From positions 6,826-70,825 of the forward strand of contig NTKN01000001.1 in the NCBI GenBank assembly GCA_002457715.1: a stretch of 64,000 nucleotides of DNA, in the 5' to 3' direction. The position numbers and the translations under genes were made by a program. A model generated the notes under the pieces. That model saw nothing but the letters and a program-made list of their open reading frames with translations. It was not told the DNA's origin and made no database searches. Position 1 is the first letter of the stretch, and each line of letters begins with the position of its first letter. Below, piece after piece: positions 26,965-35,579 of the stretch. The DNA comes from Cryomorphaceae bacterium MED-G14 (GTDB lineage Bacteria; Bacteroidota; Bacteroidia; Flavobacteriales; Flavobacteriaceae).

Positions 26965-28013
26965 TAAAAATTGCTGCACTTCCAGGAGATGGAATTGGAC
27001 CTGAAATAATTAAAGAATCATTAAAAATTATTGAATCTGTTTCAGAAAAAATTGATATTAAATTTAATTATAAATTTTGTGATGTTGGGGCGATAGCAAT
27101 TGATAAATATAACAACCCATTACCTGATGAAACTCTAAAAATTTGTAAAGAGTCTGATGCTATTTTATTTGGAGCTATTGGACATCCAAAGTTTGATAAT
27201 AATCCTAATCTAAAGGTAAGACCTGAGCAAGGATTACTGAGACTAAGAAAAGAACTTGGACTATATGCTAATTTGAGACCGGTGAGATCTTACGATGAAC
27301 TTTTAAGTTTATCTCCACTTAAAAAAAATATAATTGAGAATACAGATATGTTAATTGTTAGAGAATTAACTGGTGGTTTATATTTTGGTGAAAAAAAATC
27401 GGAAAGTAATTTTTCATCTGACACATGCACATATACAGTTGATGAAATTAAAAGAGTTACTTATTTAGCAATTGATTATGCAAAAAAGAGAAGAAATAAA
27501 ATAACTTTAATTGACAAAGCTAATGTACTTGAAACCTCAAGATTGTGGAGAAAAACAGTTCAAGAAATTGCATTAAAACATCCTGAAATTCAATTAGATT
27601 ATATGTTTGTTGATAACGCAGCCATGCAAATTATAATAAATCCAAAACAATTTGATGTAATTTTAACAGAAAATCTTTTTGGAGATATAATTTCTGATGA
27701 AGCAAGTGTAATTGGTGGCTCAATAGGTATTTTACCCTCTGCTTCAATCGGTAAAACCATGGGACTTTTTGAACCTATCCATGGTTCATATCCTCAGGCA
27801 ACTAATAAAAATATAGCTAATCCTATTGCTGCAATACTATCAGCCTCTATGATGCTTAAATATCTTGGTTATGAAAATGGAGCTAAGATGATTCAAGAAG
27901 CTGTAGAATTTTCATTAAAAAGTAAAATTTCTACAGCTGACATCAATAATAATCCATCAATGACATCAGAAGTTGGTGATTTTATTAAAAAGTATATTCA
28001 AGAAAATTTCTAA
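26961..28013 (+). CDS. leuB: 3-isopropylmalate dehydrogenase
   Basis: LPGDGIGPEI and NLFGDIISDEAS. 350 aa. Confidence 0.95.
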   Translation: MIKIAALPGDGIGPEIIKESLKIIESVSEKIDIKFNYKFCDVGAIAIDKYNNPLPDETLKICKESDAILFGAIGHPKFDNNPNLKVRPEQGLLRLRKELGLYANLRPVRSYDELLSLSPLKKNIIENTDMLIVRELTGGLYFGEKKSESNFSSDTCTYTVDEIKRVTYLAIDYAKKRRNKITLIDKANVLETSRLWRKTVQEIALKHPEIQLDYMFVDNAAMQIIINPKQFDVILTENLFGDIISDEASVIGGSIGILPSASIGKTMGLFEPIHGSYPQATNKNIANPIAAILSASMMLKYLGYENGAKMIQEAVEFSLKSKISTADINNNPSMTSEVGDFIKKYIQENF

Positions 28014-28016
28014 AAT

Positions 28017-30014
28017 TTATTTTTCGATTTTTTCATCGTCCTCAAACTGCTTTTTTAAATCGGCTAGTGCTTCAATATCACCTAATGTTGACTTATCAAT
28101 TTTTTCTTTCTTTTTAGATTTTTTTTGAATATCAGACTTAGCTGATTTGAAAGTTGAAGTATGAGACATAACAACTCTTTTAAACTCACTGTTACATTCA
28201 ATAACTTTAAAATTAGCATTTTCACCCTCTTTAAGTATCAAACCGTCTTCCTTAATCATATGTTTTTTTGGAACAATAGCTGAAAGTTCATCTGAAAGGT
28301 TAATCGTCGCTCCCCTATCACCAATTGAATCAATACTTAATTCATGAACTGTATCAACTGCATAAATATTTAAATATTTGTCCCAAGGATTTTTTGTAGT
28401 TTGTTTATGACCAAGACTTAGCTTTCTTTCGTTAACATCTAAGTCCAAAACAATTACATCTATTTCGTCAGAAATTGAAAATAGCTCAGATGGGTGTTTA
28501 ACCTTCTGAGTCCAAGACAAATCAGAAATATAAACTAGTCCGTCGATACCTTCTTCAAGTTCGACAAATACACCAAAGTTTGTGAAGTTTCTAATCTTTC
28601 CTTTATGTCTTGAATTTGACGGATACTTTGAGGTTATGTCTGTCCAAGGGTCATTGGTTAATTGCTTAATTCCAAGAGACATTTTTCTATCCTCTCTATC
28701 TAATGTTAATATTACCGCTTCAACTTCATCACCAACATTAACAAAATCTTGAGCAGATCTTAAATGAGTTGACCATGACATCTCTGATACATGAACAAGT
28801 CCTTCAACTCCATCAATAACTTCAATAAAAGCACCATAATCAGCAATTACTGAAACTTTACCTTTAATTTTATCTCCTTCTTTAAGATTTGAATCTAAAT
28901 TTTCCCATGGATGATTACTCAGTTGTTTAACACCCAATTGTATTCTTGATTTATCATCGTCAAAATCTAAAATAACAACATTTAATTTTTGATCTAGATC
29001 TAAAATTTCACTTGGATGATTAATTCTATTCCATGATAAATCGGTAATGTGAATTAAACCATCAACTCCACCTAGATCTACAAAAACACCATATGTAGTG
29101 ATATTTTTTACAATTCCCTCTAAAACTTGACCTTTTTCTAACTGAGAAATAATTTCTTTTTTTTGTTCTTCAATGTCAGCCTCTATCAATGCCTTGTGAG
29201 AAACTACAACATTTTTAAATTCATGATTAATTTTCACAACTCTAAATTCCATGTTTTTATTTACATACTGGTCGTAATCCCTTATAGGTTTGACATCAAT
29301 TTGAGATCCAGGTAAAAAAGCCTCTAAACCAAAAACATCTACAATCATTCCACCTTTAGTTCTACATTTTACAAAACCTGTGACTACAGTTTCTTTTTCG
29401 TGTGATTCTATCACTCTTTCCCATGCTTTAATTGTTCTTGCTTTTCTGTGAGAAAGCACTAATTGACCAGTTTTATCTTCTTGAACATCAACAATAACCT
29501 CAACTTTATCGCCAACTTTTAAATCAGGGTTGTATCTAAACTCATTGAGCGAGATAACGCCTTCAGATTTAGCATTAATATCAATAATAGCTTCTCTTTC
29601 TGTAATATTTAAAACTTCACCAATTATGACATTGTCGTTGTAAGTATCAACAAAGTTTTCATCAATTAACTTATCAAACTCTTCAATTTGTTTTGAGTCA
29701 ACTGTTTGGATACCCTCTTCAAATTCAGTCCAATTAAAATCATCTTTTGTCTTAATATCTTTAGGAGCTGATTTGGGAGATTCATTTAAAATCTCTTTAT
29801 CTAATTCTTTTTTTACTTTCTTTTTTTCAGTAGTTTTCTCTTCTGCAGCTATCTTAGTTGTTTTTTTAACAGCAACTTTCTTAACTAAAGTTTTTTTAGT
29901 TACTTTTTTTTCAGCAGTTTTTTTTGTTATTGGTTTTTTTGAAGAAGTTGTTTTTTTAGTTGACTTTTTTGTAGATTTTTCAACTTTTTCCTCCTCAGCT
30001 TTTTTTGTAGGCAT
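28017..30014 (-). CDS. rpsA: 30S ribosomal protein S1 with a Lys-rich N-terminal extension
   Basis: Six S1/OB repeats with recurring GxV..I..xGxFV motifs. There are 93 residues before the FNWTEFEEGI landmark, and the first 70 or so are KKT/KKV repeats. Confidence 0.95.
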   Translation of the reverse strand: MPTKKAEEEKVEKSTKKSTKKTTSSKKPITKKTAEKKVTKKTLVKKVAVKKTTKIAAEEKTTEKKKVKKELDKEILNESPKSAPKDIKTKDDFNWTEFEEGIQTVDSKQIEEFDKLIDENFVDTYNDNVIIGEVLNITEREAIIDINAKSEGVISLNEFRYNPDLKVGDKVEVIVDVQEDKTGQLVLSHRKARTIKAWERVIESHEKETVVTGFVKCRTKGGMIVDVFGLEAFLPGSQIDVKPIRDYDQYVNKNMEFRVVKINHEFKNVVVSHKALIEADIEEQKKEIISQLEKGQVLEGIVKNITTYGVFVDLGGVDGLIHITDLSWNRINHPSEILDLDQKLNVVILDFDDDKSRIQLGVKQLSNHPWENLDSNLKEGDKIKGKVSVIADYGAFIEVIDGVEGLVHVSEMSWSTHLRSAQDFVNVGDEVEAVILTLDREDRKMSLGIKQLTNDPWTDITSKYPSNSRHKGKIRNFTNFGVFVELEEGIDGLVYISDLSWTQKVKHPSELFSISDEIDVIVLDLDVNERKLSLGHKQTTKNPWDKYLNIYAVDTVHELSIDSIGDRGATINLSDELSAIVPKKHMIKEDGLILKEGENANFKVIECNSEFKRVVMSHTSTFKSAKSDIQKKSKKKEKIDKSTLGDIEALADLKKQFEDDEKIEK

Positions 30015-30167
30015 AACCTAATTATTTGTATTCTGATTTTAATTAGTAAGCTTAGAATCCATCAAAAGATTGTTAATTATTTTTACCTTTTTCGCTCACC
30101 TAATTCTAAAAAAGGTATGCGAATGTAATATCAATTTATATCTAATACAAATTTTATAATGAGTATT

Positions 30168-30830
30168 TTATTTAATGAAGTGAAGAATTTTTTTAAAAAC
30201 TTGACTAATTGATAAATCATCAGAATTAATAACAATTGCATTTTCAGGAATTATTAAAGGAGAATGTTCTCTCTCAGAGTCAATAATATCTCTATTCTCA
30301 AGATCAGATTCAACAGTGGTGATGGTTATATTTTTTTCATCATCTTTTAATTCTTTCCATCTTCTTTTAGATCTATTTTTTAAAGATGCGCATAGATAAA
30401 ACTTATATTCTGCGTTTGGAAAAACTACAGAACCAATATCTCTACCATCCATTACAATTGATTTATTCACAGCAATTTCTCTCTGTAATTTCAATACATA
30501 GTTTCTAATTTCTTTAATTGTTGCGACAGTACTAACATTATTTGATATTATTGTAGTTCGAATTTTGCTTTCAACAAATTCATTATTTACACATATTTGA
30601 AACTTATTAGTATCATTTCTTTTAAATGTAATTATATTGTTGTTTAAACACTTTATTAATTTTTCTAATTGAACTTCTTTATCTATAATCAACTTATTTT
30701 CAATAGCTAAATGTGTAATTGTTCTATAAATTGATCCTGAATCGATATGAATTATTGAAAAATGATCAGAAATTAGTTTTGCAAGAGTACTTTTTCCTGA
30801 AGATGATGGACCATCAATTGTAATTATCAT
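30168..30830 (-). CDS. cmk: (d)CMP kinase
   Basis: P-loop ITIDGPSSSGKST and DGRDIGSVVFP. The start abuts the lon stop. Confidence 0.9.
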   Translation of the reverse strand: MIITIDGPSSSGKSTLAKLISDHFSIIHIDSGSIYRTITHLAIENKLIIDKEVQLEKLIKCLNNNIITFKRNDTNKFQICVNNEFVESKIRTTIISNNVSTVATIKEIRNYVLKLQREIAVNKSIVMDGRDIGSVVFPNAEYKFYLCASLKNRSKRRWKELKDDEKNITITTVESDLENRDIIDSEREHSPLIIPENAIVINSDDLSISQVFKKILHFIK

Positions 30831-33275
30831 CTATATAAGTTTTTTACTATTAGGAGCTTTATTTCTACTTAATGAGATTTCAATTACATCTTTCATAAAA
30901 TTAACATAATGAAATTTTAATCCTCTTAAATATTTACTATCAATTTCATCAACATTTTTTTTATTATCAGCAGAAAGTATAATTTGTTTGATATTTGCTC
31001 TTTTAGCAGCTAAAATCTTTTCTTTTATACCGCCCACGGGGAGAACTCTGCCTCTTAAAGTTATTTCACCAGTCATAGCAAACTTATCCTTAACTTTTCT
31101 TTGTGTAAGAAGCGAAACTAATGATGTTAACATAGTTATACCAGCACTTGGTCCATCCTTAGGAGTAGCACCTTCAGGAACATGCAGATGAAAATTATAT
31201 TTTTTAAAGATTTCTGAGTCAATTCCAAAGTCTGATGAATTAGATTTAATAAATTCAAGTGCTATAGTAGCAGACTCTTTCATAACCTTACCTAAATTAC
31301 CAGTAATTGAAAGTAAACCTTTTCCAGGGGACAATATTGATTCAATAAATAGAATTTCGCCACCATATTGAGTCCAAGCCAAACCTGTCGTAACACCAAC
31401 AACATCATTATTTTCATACAAAGCTTTAGAGATTGGAACACCTAAGATTTCAGAAATATTTTCAGATGAAATACTATCAATCGAATTGTTATCTTCAACA
31501 ATTTTTGTTGCAATCCATCTACATATTTTAGCAATATTTTTTTCTAGATTTCTAACTCCTGATTCTCTAGTGTAACCCTCAATTATTATTTTAATTACAT
31601 CAGATTGTAAATTAAATTTATGTTCTGAGAGTCCATGTTCTAAAATTTGTTTTTTTAGTAAGTATTTTTTTGCAATCTGGACTTTTTCTTCTGTACTATA
31701 ACCAGAAATATTAATTATTTCCATCCTATCCAATAATGCAGGTTGGATGGTATTTAGATTGTTAGCCGTGGCAATAAACAGGACTTTAGATAAATCAAAA
31801 CCTAGCTCCAAAAAATTATCATAAAATTCGGAATTTTGTTCAGGATCTAATACCTCTAGCATTGCTGATGATGGATCGCCTTGAGACCCAACTGATAATT
31901 TATCAATTTCATCTAGAATAAAAACTGGGTTTGAAGTTTTAACTTTTTTAAGACTTTGAATAATCCTGCCAGGCATTGCTCCTATATATGTTTTTCTATG
32001 GCCACGAATTTCTGCTTCATCTCTTAAACCTCCCAATGAAATTCTAACATATTCTCTTCCCAGCGATTCTGCTATTGATTTTCCAAGTGATGTTTTTCCA
32101 ACACCAGGTGGACCATAAAAACAAAGTATTGGAGAATTTAAATCATTCTTAAGTTTTAATACAGCTATTTGTTCTATAATTCTTCTTTTTACATCAGATA
32201 ATCCGTAGTGATCTCTATCTAGAACTCTTTTTGCTCTTTTTAAGTTAAAATTATCTCCAGAAAATTCATTCCATGGTAATTCTAATATTAAGTCTAAATA
32301 GTTTCTTTGAATTGAATATTCAGCAACTTGAGGATTCATTCTCTGTAATTTTTTAATTTCCTTTTCAAAATGTTTTTCAACATCGTTATTCCATTTCATG
32401 GTTTTAGCTTTCAATTTCATTTCCTCAATTTCTTCATCATTTGAAGAAGTCCCCAATTCTTCTTGAATTGTCTTTAATTGTTGATTTAAAAAATATTCTC
32501 TTTGCTGTTGATCTAAGTCTGTTCTTACTTTTGATTGTATATCATTTTTAAGAGATAATTTTTGAAATTCAACATTCATGTATTTAAGACAACTTAGAGC
32601 TCTTTTTTGTAAACTGTCAATTTCTAAAATTTTATACTTTTCACCTACTGAAATATTCATGTTAGAGGATACAAAATTTACAAGAAAAGAATTACTGTGA
32701 ATATTCTTTATAGCAAATGATGCTTCAGTAGGAATATTTGGATTATCATTAATAATCTTAAATGCTAAATCTTTAATTGAGTCAATGGTTGCATTAAATT
32801 TTTTATCGTCTTTTTCTGGCTTAAACTCAATTAATTCATTAACAGAGGCTAATATAAAAGGATCTTCAGAAATAAAATTTTTAATATTAAAGCGTTTTTT
32901 ACCCTGAATTATAATTGTTAAGTTACCATCAGGCATTTGTAAAACTCTTAATATTTTAGCAACGGTACCAATATTATTTATATCAGACTGAGTTGGATTT
33001 GAAACACTACCATCTTTTTGAGATACAACACCTATTAATTTATCTCCAGAATTTGCTTGTTTAATTAATTTAACAGACTTATCGCGAGTAGCTGTAATAG
33101 GAATAACAACGCCTGGGAATAAAACAGTATTTCTTAATGGTAGAATTGGAAGAGTTTCTGGTATACTTTCCCTGGAAATAGCTTCCTCATCATCAGATGT
33201 CATTAATGGGATCAACTCCGATTCTTCATCAATTGGATTAAGAGAAATAGAACTTAAATCAAAAATTTTACTCAT
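30831..33275 (-). CDS. lon: ATP-dependent Lon protease
   Basis: N-terminal LPILPLRNTVLFPG, Walker A GPPGVGKTS, and catalytic Ser PKDGPSAGITM. 814 aa. Confidence 0.97.
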   Translation of the reverse strand: MSKIFDLSSISLNPIDEESELIPLMTSDDEEAISRESIPETLPILPLRNTVLFPGVVIPITATRDKSVKLIKQANSGDKLIGVVSQKDGSVSNPTQSDINNIGTVAKILRVLQMPDGNLTIIIQGKKRFNIKNFISEDPFILASVNELIEFKPEKDDKKFNATIDSIKDLAFKIINDNPNIPTEASFAIKNIHSNSFLVNFVSSNMNISVGEKYKILEIDSLQKRALSCLKYMNVEFQKLSLKNDIQSKVRTDLDQQQREYFLNQQLKTIQEELGTSSNDEEIEEMKLKAKTMKWNNDVEKHFEKEIKKLQRMNPQVAEYSIQRNYLDLILELPWNEFSGDNFNLKRAKRVLDRDHYGLSDVKRRIIEQIAVLKLKNDLNSPILCFYGPPGVGKTSLGKSIAESLGREYVRISLGGLRDEAEIRGHRKTYIGAMPGRIIQSLKKVKTSNPVFILDEIDKLSVGSQGDPSSAMLEVLDPEQNSEFYDNFLELGFDLSKVLFIATANNLNTIQPALLDRMEIINISGYSTEEKVQIAKKYLLKKQILEHGLSEHKFNLQSDVIKIIIEGYTRESGVRNLEKNIAKICRWIATKIVEDNNSIDSISSENISEILGVPISKALYENNDVVGVTTGLAWTQYGGEILFIESILSPGKGLLSITGNLGKVMKESATIALEFIKSNSSDFGIDSEIFKKYNFHLHVPEGATPKDGPSAGITMLTSLVSLLTQRKVKDKFAMTGEITLRGRVLPVGGIKEKILAAKRANIKQIILSADNKKNVDEIDSKYLRGLKFHYVNFMKDVIEISLSRNKAPNSKKLI

Positions 33276-33279
33276 AAAA

Positions 33280-33294
33280 TGCCAATATGTCAGT
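33280..33294 (-). promoter_or_regulatory. 15-nt motif shared with the dnaK upstream region (plus strand TGCCAATATGTCAGT)
   Basis: 14/15 identical to 22274-22288 and in the same orientation. It ends only 4 nt upstream of the lon ATG codon (33275-33273). No TAnnTTTG box is present in the 83-nt upstream spacer. Confidence 0.4.
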
Positions 33295-33358
33295 TAACCA
33301 ATAGATTAATTGAATACAATCATATGGGTCAAGATTCATGCCATCAAAAAAATAATGA

Positions 33359-34678
33359 CTATGCTTGTTTCATTTTAACTCCTCTAAGTAAAATAGCTCC
33401 CAAGATAAAAAGACCTGCAAAAATAAAAATTGAACTTCTGAGACTTCCCGTAAGCTGATCAATTATCCCCGACATGAAAGTTCCAAAAACAATACTGATT
33501 ATCATGCACATTTGATAAAAACTAAAATATGAACATTTATCTTCTGTTTCAGGGATTAATTTAGAATAGGTTGATCTGGACAATGATTGAATTCCACCCA
33601 TGACTAAACCTACAAGACCTGCAATAATATAGAATTCAAAAGAATATTTAATAAAGTAGGCAACGATACAAATCAAAAACCAAATTATATTAAAAATTAT
33701 TAATGTTTTTATATTTCCAATCCTATTTGAAAGCAAGGCTCCACCTGCAGAACCAACTATTGCTATTAACTGAATTATTAACATGCTAAGAATTAATCCA
33801 AAAAGTTTTTCCCCCTCGCCCCATATTATTTCTTGATCACCAAAATATGTTGCAATTAAAATAATAGTTTGGACAGCTGTGTAGTAAGTAAAAAGAGCTA
33901 TTAAAAATTTTTTGATTGATTTTTCATTCTTAATTAATTTCCAAACACTTATTAACTTTTTAAAACCTGAAAAAAGTATTGATTTTTTCAATAATTCTTT
34001 CTCACTCACTTTGTTTTTTAAGGAAGGTAAATGATAAAAAGTATACTGACTAAAAAAAATCCACCAAAAACCAACAGTTAAAAATGAAACTTTCATTGCT
34101 TCAACACTACCTTGATTTGAATCTTCAAAACCGAATGATGCAGGGAAATTTATCATAAATAAATTAAATAATAAAAGTATGACACTTCCAATATATCCAT
34201 AAGAAAAACCTAAGGCACTCACATTATCTTGTTCTGAGGGGTTTGCAATATCAGGTAAATATGAATTATAGAAGACAAGACTTGCCCAAAATGAAAATAA
34301 TGCTAAAAAGTAAAATAATAGACCTAAGTATATATTTTCTAGATCAAAAAAGTATAAACCCATACATGAAGAGCTACCGAGATAAACAAATAATTTCATA
34401 AATGTTTTTTTATTTCCTAAAAAATCTGCAATACCAGACATTAATGGAACTATAAAAGCAAGAAATAGAAATACAATTGTCGTGACGTGTTGAATAAGAG
34501 CTGTGTTCTTGTAGTTAAGCCCAAAAATCTCAATATAATCAGAATCAACAAAAAGAGTTCCATAATAAATTGGAAAAACTGCAGTTGATATAACAAGTGG
34601 ATATACTGAATTTGCCCAATCGTAAAAAGCCCATGCATTTAATACTTTTTTTGGCGTAGATTTTGAATTAAAAAACAT
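33359..34678 (-). CDS. MFS transporter (UMF1/Atg22-like by resemblance)
   Basis: 439 aa with about 12 hydrophobic segments throughout. Substrate unknown. Confidence 0.7.
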   Translation of the reverse strand: MFFNSKSTPKKVLNAWAFYDWANSVYPLVISTAVFPIYYGTLFVDSDYIEIFGLNYKNTALIQHVTTIVFLFLAFIVPLMSGIADFLGNKKTFMKLFVYLGSSSCMGLYFFDLENIYLGLLFYFLALFSFWASLVFYNSYLPDIANPSEQDNVSALGFSYGYIGSVILLLFNLFMINFPASFGFEDSNQGSVEAMKVSFLTVGFWWIFFSQYTFYHLPSLKNKVSEKELLKKSILFSGFKKLISVWKLIKNEKSIKKFLIALFTYYTAVQTIILIATYFGDQEIIWGEGEKLFGLILSMLIIQLIAIVGSAGGALLSNRIGNIKTLIIFNIIWFLICIVAYFIKYSFEFYIIAGLVGLVMGGIQSLSRSTYSKLIPETEDKCSYFSFYQMCMIISIVFGTFMSGIIDQLTGSLRSSIFIFAGLFILGAILLRGVKMKQA

Positions 34679-34709
34679 TATATAAGGACAGTGTTATGAA
34701 AATAAAATT

Positions 34710-34717
34710 TAATTTTG
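34710..34717 (+). promoter_or_regulatory. -7 box (TAATTTTG) for msrB copy 1
   Basis: Exact TAnnTTTG 17 nt upstream of the ATG at 34735. It lies inside the longer track ORF, which argues for the downstream start. Confidence 0.4.
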
Positions 34718-34734
34718 CAATTGAAATATACAAA

Positions 34735-35199
34735 ATGATAGTTAGATTGTTTTTTAGAACATCGATAATATTTTTTTTATTTAGTTTTTCCTTATTTTCT
34801 CAACAACAATATGAGGTTGTAAAAAGTGATACTGAATGGAAAAAACAACTTGATGAAATGTCTTATTTGGTTTTAAGAAAAGCTTACACTGAGAGACCTT
34901 ATACTGGAAAATATGATAATTTTTATGAAGAAGGCACATATCATTGTGCAGGATGTGATGAAGCTTTATATAAATCAGACAGAAAATATAATTCATATTG
35001 TGGATGGCCAAGCTTTGATATGGAAATTGAAGGCAAATTAATTTATGATGTTGATTATAAATTAGGATATCCTAGAACTGAAATAAAATGTATAAAATGT
35101 GGTGGTCATTTAGGACATGTTTTTAACGATGGACCGAAAGAAACTACGGGAATTAGGCATTGTGTTAATTCAGTTGCCCTAGTCTTTAAAAAATCATGA
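34735..35199 (+). CDS. msrB: peptide-methionine (R)-S-oxide reductase MsrB with an N-terminal signal or anchor sequence
   Basis: MIVRLFFRTSIIFFLFSFSLFSQQ is a hydrophobic leader. Zn motifs CAGCDEAL and CIKCGGHLGHVF, and active site RHCVNS. The track start at 34696 is the alternative. Confidence 0.88.
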   Translation: MIVRLFFRTSIIFFLFSFSLFSQQQYEVVKSDTEWKKQLDEMSYLVLRKAYTERPYTGKYDNFYEEGTYHCAGCDEALYKSDRKYNSYCGWPSFDMEIEGKLIYDVDYKLGYPRTEIKCIKCGGHLGHVFNDGPKETTGIRHCVNSVALVFKKS

Positions 35200-35576
35200 A
35201 AAAAGACGAAGTTTTTTGGAAAAATAAGCTTGATAAATTCAGCTACAGTATTTTGAGAGAAGCAGGTACTGAAATGCCTTTTTCTGGTAAATACAATATG
35301 TTTTTTGAAGAAGGATATTATAAGTGCAAAGGCTGTAGTAATAAACTTTTTGATAGTAAATCAAAATTTGATAGTGGATGTGGTTGGCCTAGCTTTGATA
35401 AGTGTATTGATGGTTCAATTATTTATAAAGAAGATAAGTCTTTAAATAGAAAAAGAACTGAAATATTATGTGCAGAATGTAACGGTCATTTAGGCCATGT
35501 ATTTGATGATGGACCAACAGAAACAGGAGCCAGATACTGCGTTAATTCTGCAAGCTTAAATTTTAATAAAAAATAA
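35196..35576 (+). CDS. msrB: peptide-methionine (R)-S-oxide reductase MsrB, cytoplasmic copy
   Basis: CKGCSNKLF, CAECNGHLGHVF and RYCVNS. There is no leader. ATGA overlap with the upstream copy. Confidence 0.9.
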   Translation: MKKDEVFWKNKLDKFSYSILREAGTEMPFSGKYNMFFEEGYYKCKGCSNKLFDSKSKFDSGCGWPSFDKCIDGSIIYKEDKSLNRKRTEILCAECNGHLGHVFDDGPTETGARYCVNSASLNFNKK

Positions 35577-35579
35577 ATT

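Noticed and set aside
29773-30021. An 82-aa Phe-rich ORF lies antisense to the rpsA 5' end.
   Set aside because: It is a mirror image of the AAA/AAG Lys-repeat region (TTT/CTT codons), so it is an artefact of low complexity.
30085-30116. The inverted repeat ACCTTTTT..AAAAAGGT in the cmk-rpsA spacer was considered as a terminator or an S1 leader structure.
   Set aside because: It has an A/T-only 8-bp stem with a 16-nt loop and no following U-tract on either strand, so it is not convincing as an intrinsic terminator. A near-match -7 box (TAAAATTTG, 30148-30156 on the minus strand) has the wrong spacing. I left it unassigned.
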